A DNA stretch of 64,000 nucleotides. Origin: Pseudomonadota bacterium. Lineage in GTDB: Bacteria > Pseudomonadota > Alphaproteobacteria > JACQOE01. Under the pieces are notes generated by a model. That model saw only the letters and a list, made by a program, of their open reading frames with translations, did not search any database and was not told where the DNA came from. Below, piece after piece: positions 58,190-64,000 of this stretch. Each line of letters opens with the position of its first letter. Within the stretch, counting starts at the first letter, position 1. The translations under genes and the position numbers were made by a program. Location of the stretch: positions 18,292-82,291 of the forward strand of contig JACQOE010000048.1 in assembly GCA_016202695.1 (NCBI GenBank). The letters run 5' to 3'.

Positions 58190-58585
58190 ATGTCGGTCAT
58201 GCCGGTTCTCCCCAAGGGCTCGCCGCCGCCGCTCGCCCCGTATTCGCCGGGGGCGATGGTGCGGAACCCGGTCCGCGTGATCCATACCGCGGGCATGCTC
58301 GGGCTCGACAAGGAGGGCAAGCTGGTGGGCGCTGGCGACGTCGCCGCGCAGACGCGCCAGACGCTGGAGAACATCAAGGCGGTCATCGAGGCCGCGGGCG
58401 GGACGATGGCGGACATCGCCTTCAACCTGATCTTCCTCAAGGACATGGCGGATTACGCCAAGATGAACGCGGTCTACGGCGAGTACTTCCCGAAGAACCC
58501 GCCGGGTCGCGCCTGCGTCCGCGCGGACCTGGTGAAGCCGGAATTCCTGGTCGAGATCGCCGCCACCGCCTATCTCACGAAGTAG
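58190..58585 (+). CDS. Rid (YjgF/RidA) family protein, RutC-like
   Basis: PPLAPYSPG, N.VY.EYF...PP.R.C...LVKPEFLVEI; catalytic Arg present. Confidence 0.88.
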   Translation: MSVMPVLPKGSPPPLAPYSPGAMVRNPVRVIHTAGMLGLDKEGKLVGAGDVAAQTRQTLENIKAVIEAAGGTMADIAFNLIFLKDMADYAKMNAVYGEYFPKNPPGRACVRADLVKPEFLVEIAATAYLTK

Positions 58586-58688
58586 GGCTGCGGCTGGGGC
58601 GACCGGCGATCGCGCCGCCGGTCGCCGCCTTGCCCTTCGGCGCCTTCCCGCCGGGGAACGAAACCAAACGATCCTGGGGACGCATGCG

Positions 58689-60068
58689 ATGAAGGAACTC
58701 CGCTGTCTCTCGGCCACCGGCCAGCTCGGCCACGGCATCCTGCGCGATGCCTTCGCGCGCGGGGTGGCGAACAAGCCCGACTACATCGGCGCCGACATGG
58801 GCTCGACCGACATCGGCCCCTTCTATCTCGGCGCCGGCGAGACCGAATCCGAGACCGAGATGATCCGCCGCGACCTCGCCCTGGTGCTCCAGGCCGGGCG
58901 CAAGCTCGGGGTTCCGCTCGTCATCGGCAGCGCCGGCTCGGCCGGTGCCAGGCCCCACCTCGAGCGCACGCTCGATGTCCTGTTCGAGGTCGCCCGCCGG
59001 CACCGGCTCTCGTTCCGGCTGGCGGTGATCCGCGCCGACGTGGGCAAGGACTACCTCCTCGGCAAGCTCCGCGCCGGCAAGGTGCGCCCCTGCGGCCCGG
59101 TGCCCGATCTCACCCCCGAGCGGATCGCCCGCGCCGAGCGCATGGTCGGCCAGATGGGCATGGAGCCGTTCATGAAGGCGCTCGACGGCGGCGCCGAGGT
59201 GGTCGTCGCCGGGCGCTCCTGCGACGCCGCCGTCTTCGCCGCGCTGCCGGTGTGGAAGGGCTACGACGCCGGGCTCGCCATGCACCTCGCCAAGATCGTC
59301 GAGTGCGCCTCCTTCGCCACCGAGCCGGGCGGGCGCGACGCCATCATGGGATACCTCCGCGACGACCACTTCATCATCGAGTCGATGAACCCGCGGCTCC
59401 GCGCCACGCCGTACTCGGTCGCCGCCCACAGCCTCTACGAGCAGCCCGATCCGTTCGAGGTGGTGGAGCCCGGCGGGCGGCTCGACCTCTCCCGCTCCCG
59501 CTTCGAGGCCCTGGACGAGCGCCGCACCAGGGTTTCCGGCTCGCGCTGGGAGCCGAGCCCGACCTACACGGTCAAGATCGAGGGGGTGGAGAAGACCGGC
59601 CACCGGGTGATCTCGATCGGCGCCGTGCGCTGTCCGATCGCGGTCGGCCAGATCAAGGACATCTGCCGCCGCGTCGGCGACCTCACCGCCTCGATCCTGG
59701 AGGGCGACATCGACCCCGCCGACTATCGCCTCAAGTTCCGCACCTACGGGGTGGACGGGGCGATGGGCGAGGGCGAGCGCGAGCGGAACGCGCTCCCGAT
59801 CGAGGTCGCGGTCATCACCGATGTGGTCGGCAAGAGCGAGCAGATCGCCAAGTCGGTCTGCTCGGTGGCCCGCTACTACCTCCTCCACTTCTTCTACGAC
59901 GGCATCCTCGCCACCGCCGGCAACGTCGCGGTTCCGTTCGTGCCCTGCGACATCCCGGCCGGGCCCGCCTACGAGTTCAGCGTCTACCACCTGGTGGAGG
60001 TGGACGATCCGCTCGAGCTCTTCCCGATCGAGTACCTCGAGGTGAGGGAGGGCGCGGCCCATGCCTAG
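58689..60068 (+). CDS. AtuA-like (DUF1446) family protein
   Basis: TGQLGHG, D.GSTD.GP.YLG.G, GSAG.AG, VGQMG.EP, GRSCDAA.FAA, H..KI.EC, AHSLYE. Confidence 0.82.
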   Translation: MKELRCLSATGQLGHGILRDAFARGVANKPDYIGADMGSTDIGPFYLGAGETESETEMIRRDLALVLQAGRKLGVPLVIGSAGSAGARPHLERTLDVLFEVARRHRLSFRLAVIRADVGKDYLLGKLRAGKVRPCGPVPDLTPERIARAERMVGQMGMEPFMKALDGGAEVVVAGRSCDAAVFAALPVWKGYDAGLAMHLAKIVECASFATEPGGRDAIMGYLRDDHFIIESMNPRLRATPYSVAAHSLYEQPDPFEVVEPGGRLDLSRSRFEALDERRTRVSGSRWEPSPTYTVKIEGVEKTGHRVISIGAVRCPIAVGQIKDICRRVGDLTASILEGDIDPADYRLKFRTYGVDGAMGEGERERNALPIEVAVITDVVGKSEQIAKSVCSVARYYLLHFFYDGILATAGNVAVPFVPCDIPAGPAYEFSVYHLVEVDDPLELFPIEYLEVREGAAHA

Positions 60069-60369
60069 GCTCCGCGAGATGGTGAAGGTGCTGCGCAGCA
60101 AGAACGCCGGCCCCTTCGCGCTCACCTTCGACATCCTGTTCAAGGACGAGTCGCTGTTCCGCCGGGCGCTCGCCTCGGGTGCCTTCGCGCCGGCCGCGCT
60201 CGCCGCCCTCCTCGACTTTCCCACGGACCGCATCCGGGTGGTGCCGTTCCCGCCCGCCTGGGCGATCAAGGTCACGGTGCCGCGGCGGCACTCCTCGGGC
60301 TCGTTCGACGATACCGACGTCTTCGGCTGCCAGCAGCACGCGCCGCTCCTCGACCTCGAGATCGCGTGA
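60061..60369 (+). CDS. DUF4387 family small protein
   Basis: RSKNAGPF.LTFDI.F, AIKVT.PR, D.DVFG.QQHAPLL. Confidence 0.85.
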   Translation: MPRLREMVKVLRSKNAGPFALTFDILFKDESLFRRALASGAFAPAALAALLDFPTDRIRVVPFPPAWAIKVTVPRRHSSGSFDDTDVFGCQQHAPLLDLEIA

Positions 60370-60438
60370 GGCGGGCGGCTGGGCGGGGCGGTCGGGCGCG
60401 CCCCGCCCCCGCGGGACGACGAGGGGAGGGGACCCTCG

Positions 60439-61638
60439 ATGAGGGACATCCGCAGGATCCTTAATGCCCGCCTGCCCGACGGGTCGCTCGCCGAGCTTCG
60501 GATCGAGGGCGGCCGCATCGCCGCGATCGGCGCGCCGGCCGGCGCCGCCGCGCCGCCGGGCACCGACGCGATCGACCTCGGCGGCGCGCTCCTGATCCCC
60601 GGCCTCGTCGATGGCCACGTTCACCTCGACAAGACGCTCCTCGGCGCGCCCTGGGTTCCCAACCGGGCCGAGCCGACGGTCAAGGGCCGGATCGCGCACG
60701 AGAAAGCCATCGAGCGGACGGTGACGGTGCCGATCGAGGAGCGGGCGGCCCGCCTAGTCGAGCTTGCCGTCGCCAACGGAACCACGACCTTGCGCACCCA
60801 CGTCGACGTCGATCCCGGCCACGGGCTCGCGCGGCTCGACGCCGTGCTCCGCGTCCGCGAGCGCCATGCGCGCGCGCTCGACATCCAGATCGTCGCCTTC
60901 CCGCAGGGCGGGCTGGTGAGCGTCCCGGGCACGGCCGAGCTCCTGGACGCCGCCCTGGCCGAGGGCGCGGGGCTGGTCGGCGGCGTCGATCCGGTCGGGA
61001 TCGACGGCGACCTCGAGGGGCAGCTCGGCGCGGTCTTCGCCATCGCCGAGCGGCGCGGGGCGGGCGTCGACATCCACCTCCACGACCGCGGCGAGGCGGG
61101 CGCGGCCACGGTCCGCGAGATCGCCCGGCGCACGCGGGCCGCGGGCCTCGGCGGCAGGGTGGCGGTGAGCCACGGCTTCTGCCTCGCCGATCTCGACCGG
61201 CCGGCCCTCGACGGGCTTGCCCGCGACATGGCCGAGGCCGGCGTCTCGGTCATGACCCACGGCGGCGGCGCGCGCCCCATCCCGCCGGTGAAGGCGCTCC
61301 GCGAGCGGGGCGTGGTCGTCTTCGCCGGCAGCGACAACGTGCGCGACGCCTGGTCGCCCTACGGTAACGCCGACATGCTCGAGCGGGCGATGCTGATCGG
61401 CTGGCGCTCGGACTTCCGCCGCGACGACGAGCTGGCCGTCGCCTTCGACCTCGCCACGGGGGCGGCGGCGCGCGCCCTCGGGATCGGCCCCTATGGCATC
61501 GAGGCCGGCGCCCCGGCCGATCTGGTGGCGCTCGACGCCGGCTCGGTCGCCGAGGCGGTGGTGGCGCGCCCGCCGCGTCGCCTGGTTCTCAAGCGGGGCC
61601 GCATCGTCGCCGAGGACGGGCGATTCCGCGCCTCCTGA
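60439..61638 (+). CDS. metal-dependent amidohydrolase, cytosine-deaminase-like
   Basis: HVHLDKT, RTHVD, VAFPQ, DIHLHD, SHG, GSDNVRD.WSPYG. Confidence 0.88.
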   Translation: MRDIRRILNARLPDGSLAELRIEGGRIAAIGAPAGAAAPPGTDAIDLGGALLIPGLVDGHVHLDKTLLGAPWVPNRAEPTVKGRIAHEKAIERTVTVPIEERAARLVELAVANGTTTLRTHVDVDPGHGLARLDAVLRVRERHARALDIQIVAFPQGGLVSVPGTAELLDAALAEGAGLVGGVDPVGIDGDLEGQLGAVFAIAERRGAGVDIHLHDRGEAGAATVREIARRTRAAGLGGRVAVSHGFCLADLDRPALDGLARDMAEAGVSVMTHGGGARPIPPVKALRERGVVVFAGSDNVRDAWSPYGNADMLERAMLIGWRSDFRRDDELAVAFDLATGAAARALGIGPYGIEAGAPADLVALDAGSVAEAVVARPPRRLVLKRGRIVAEDGRFRAS

Positions 61639-61685
61639 CGCGCCCGGGCGTTCGCGAGATTTCGGTTTTCGGCGGGCCAAGACAT

Positions 61686-62651
61686 TCAAACCACCCGGTT
61701 CAGCAGGGGCTCGCCGTCGCGGAGCCGGCGGCAGTTCTCGATCGCGACCGCGAGGCTGCGCTCCAGCGTCTCGGGGGTGAGCCAGGCGATGTGGGGCATG
61801 AGGACCACGTTGTCGAGCTTGAGGAGAGGGTTGTCGGGCGCGACCGGTTCGAGGGCGAAGACGTCGAGCCCGGCGGCGCGCAGCTTGCCCGAGCGGAGCG
61901 CGGCGAGGAGCGCGGCCTCGTCCACCAGCCCGCCGCGGGCGGTGTTGATCAGCACGCTCCCCGGCCTCATCGCGGCGAGGGCCCTGGCGTCGATCAGGCC
62001 CGCCGTCTCCGGGGTGAGCGGCAGATGCAGCGAGACGACGTCGGATTCGGCCAGCAGCTCGGCGAGCGGCCGCCACTCCGCGGCCTCGTCCGGGACCGGC
62101 CGGCGCCCGGTGCAGAGCACCCTCGCCCCCAGGCTCGCCAGCACCGGCGCCAGGCACCGGGCGACCGCCCCGTAACCGACCAGGCCGACCGTGCGCCCGG
62201 CCAGCTCGCCGAGGCCGTCGAAGGTTGCGGGCTCGGCGCTCCAGCCCGCCCCGACGCGCGTGGCGCGGTCGAAATAGGCGGCGCGGCGAAGCGCGGCGAG
62301 CATCAGGAGGAGGGCCATCTCGGCCACCGCCCGGGTGTTGGTGCCCGGCATATTGGCGACCGCGATCCCCCGCGCCTTTGCCGCCTCGATGTCGATGGTG
62401 TTGACTCCGACGCCGATCTTCTGGATCAGCCTGAGGCGCGGCGCGGCGGCGATGGCCTCGGCGGTGACCGGATCGAGCACGTGCAGCAGCACCTCGGCGT
62501 CGCCCATCTCGGCGCGGAAGCGTCGGCGGTCGGTCTCGTCGACCGCGGCGATCCGCAGCCAGTCGGGCGCGAGCTCGCCGATCCGCCTGCGGAAGCCCGG
62601 GCTTGCCCGGTAGTGCAGCACCGCCTTCATCGGCCGCCGCGACGCGGTCAT
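61686..62651 (-). CDS. D-isomer-specific 2-hydroxyacid dehydrogenase
   Basis: GVGVNTID, VGYGAV, SLHLPL, INTARG, LDVF..EP, PHIAW; ATGA overlap with the enolase stop. Confidence 0.9.
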   Translation of the reverse strand: MTASRRPMKAVLHYRASPGFRRRIGELAPDWLRIAAVDETDRRRFRAEMGDAEVLLHVLDPVTAEAIAAAPRLRLIQKIGVGVNTIDIEAAKARGIAVANMPGTNTRAVAEMALLLMLAALRRAAYFDRATRVGAGWSAEPATFDGLGELAGRTVGLVGYGAVARCLAPVLASLGARVLCTGRRPVPDEAAEWRPLAELLAESDVVSLHLPLTPETAGLIDARALAAMRPGSVLINTARGGLVDEAALLAALRSGKLRAAGLDVFALEPVAPDNPLLKLDNVVLMPHIAWLTPETLERSLAVAIENCRRLRDGEPLLNRVV

Positions 62652-63934
62652 CGCCTGGCCGGCGCCAGCGCCGAGCGGCCGGCGAAGCGGGCGCCCGGTC
62701 CCAGCGCCGCCTCGATCCGCAGGCCCTCGTTCCATTTCGCCATCCGCTCGGAGCGGGCGAACGAGCCCACCTTGAGCTGTCCCGCGTCCCAGCCGACGGC
62801 GAGGTGGACGATGGTCACGTCCTCGGTCTCGCCGGAGCGGGCCGAGACGATGGTTGCGAATCCGCGGTCGCGCGCGGCATTCAGGGCGGCAAGCGTCTCG
62901 CTCACCGTTCCCGCCTGGTTGGGTTTCAGCAGCGCCGCGTTGCAGGCCCCCGCCGCCGCCGCCTCGTCGATCCGCGCCGCCGAGGTGACGAGGAAGTCGT
63001 CGCCCACCACCTGGACGCGCCCGCCGACCGCCCGGGTGAAGCGGCGCATGCCCTCGGCGTCGTCCTCGGCGAGCGGGTCCTCGACCGAGAGGATGGGATA
63101 GCGGCCGATCCAGGCGACGAGGAGCTCGATCAGGCCGTCGGTCGTCAGCTCGCGCCCGTCGAGGGCGAGCCGGTAGCGGCCCTTCGCGCCCAGCTCCGAG
63201 GCGGCGACGTCGAGCGCGATCGCCACCTCCTCGCCGGGGCGGAAGCCCGCGGCCTCGATCGCCCGCACCAGCGTCTCCAGCGCCTCCTCGTTGCTGGCGA
63301 AGTCGGGCCAGAACCCGCCCTCGTCGGCCACCCCGTGCAGCCGTCCCGCCTCGGCCATCAGGCGCCCGGCGGCACGGTAGACCTCGGCGGTCATCGCCAG
63401 CGCCCGATCGAAGCTCGCCGCCTCCACGGGCACGACCATCAGGTCCTGGAGGTCGAGGCGCCGGGCGGCGTGCGCCCCGCCGCCGAAGATCTGGATCTGC
63501 GGCATCGGCAGCCGCGGCGGCCGCTCGCCGGCGAGATGGCGCCAGAGCGGAACGCCCGCCGCCCGCGCCGCGGCCCTCAGCACCGCCAGCGAGACGGCGA
63601 CGATCGCGTTGCCGCCGAGGCGAGCCTTGTTGGGCGTGCCGTCGAGGGCGATGAGGCGCGCGTCCACGGCCGCCTGATCGGCGGCGTCGAGGCCGCGAAG
63701 GGCGCCGGCGATCTCGCCGTTGAGGTGGGCGAGGGCGCGGTCCACCCCCAGGCCGCCGAAGGCCGCGCCGCCGTCGCGCAGGTCGACCGCCTCGCGGCCG
63801 CCGCGCGAAGCCCCGGCGGGCGCGATCGCGCGCCCCGTTGCCCCGCCCGAGAGCATCACCTCGCACTCGATGGTGGGCCGCCCGCGCGAGTCCCACACCC
63901 GCCGGCCGGCGACGCTCGCGATCGCGGTCCTCAT
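62648..63934 (-). CDS. eno: enolase family protein, divergent paralog
   Basis: DSRGRPT.E, DGTPNK.RLG.NA, DEGG, LDVAASE, VGDD, K.NQ.G, RSGETED, RSER.AK. Confidence 0.85.
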   Translation of the reverse strand: MRTAIASVAGRRVWDSRGRPTIECEVMLSGGATGRAIAPAGASRGGREAVDLRDGGAAFGGLGVDRALAHLNGEIAGALRGLDAADQAAVDARLIALDGTPNKARLGGNAIVAVSLAVLRAAARAAGVPLWRHLAGERPPRLPMPQIQIFGGGAHAARRLDLQDLMVVPVEAASFDRALAMTAEVYRAAGRLMAEAGRLHGVADEGGFWPDFASNEEALETLVRAIEAAGFRPGEEVAIALDVAASELGAKGRYRLALDGRELTTDGLIELLVAWIGRYPILSVEDPLAEDDAEGMRRFTRAVGGRVQVVGDDFLVTSAARIDEAAAAGACNAALLKPNQAGTVSETLAALNAARDRGFATIVSARSGETEDVTIVHLAVGWDAGQLKVGSFARSERMAKWNEGLRIEAALGPGARFAGRSALAPARR

Positions 63935-64000
63935 CGGCGGCCGGCCTGGTTGTCGCGCCGCGCGAGCCCGGCCCGCCAGGCGTCGCGAACCGCGGCGAGG

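Overview
A very GC-rich bacterial chromosomal segment. Gene style and repeat types point to an alphaproteobacterium (inference). It is dominated by small-molecule uptake and catabolism: four hydantoinase/oxoprolinase A+B pairs (two as a tandem duplication whose B subunits carry long basic histone-like N-terminal tails), two paralogous TRAP systems, a TctCBA transporter, two MFS pumps, a type III PKS + methyltransferase + glycerophosphodiesterase operon, and a DUF1538-DUF1538-PII-CBS module. It also holds a divergent SDH/FRD-like complex with a two-subunit Fe-S hydro-lyase whose substrate-binding residues differ from the canonical enzymes, an AtuA-like/DUF4387/Rid/deaminase cluster, and a divergent enolase. 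A chaperone-usher (Csu/sigma-like) pilus locus (33-43 kb) has an RTX/cadherin/7x FG-GAP protein embedded in it, a perfect FNR/FixK box before the major pilin and a sigma54-type promoter. The non-coding DNA is the least explained part. It contains a nested REP>MITE>REP element (26617-26870), a second REP-like element, a candidate riboswitch-like leader with a 30-aa ORF before an MFS gene (27.2-27.5 kb), a 272-bp MITE that supplies the LysR stop codon, and a 53-bp palindrome before the usher gene. I saw no rRNA, tRNA, CRISPR array, transposase or phage genes. All calls come from motif recognition by eye; no searches were run.
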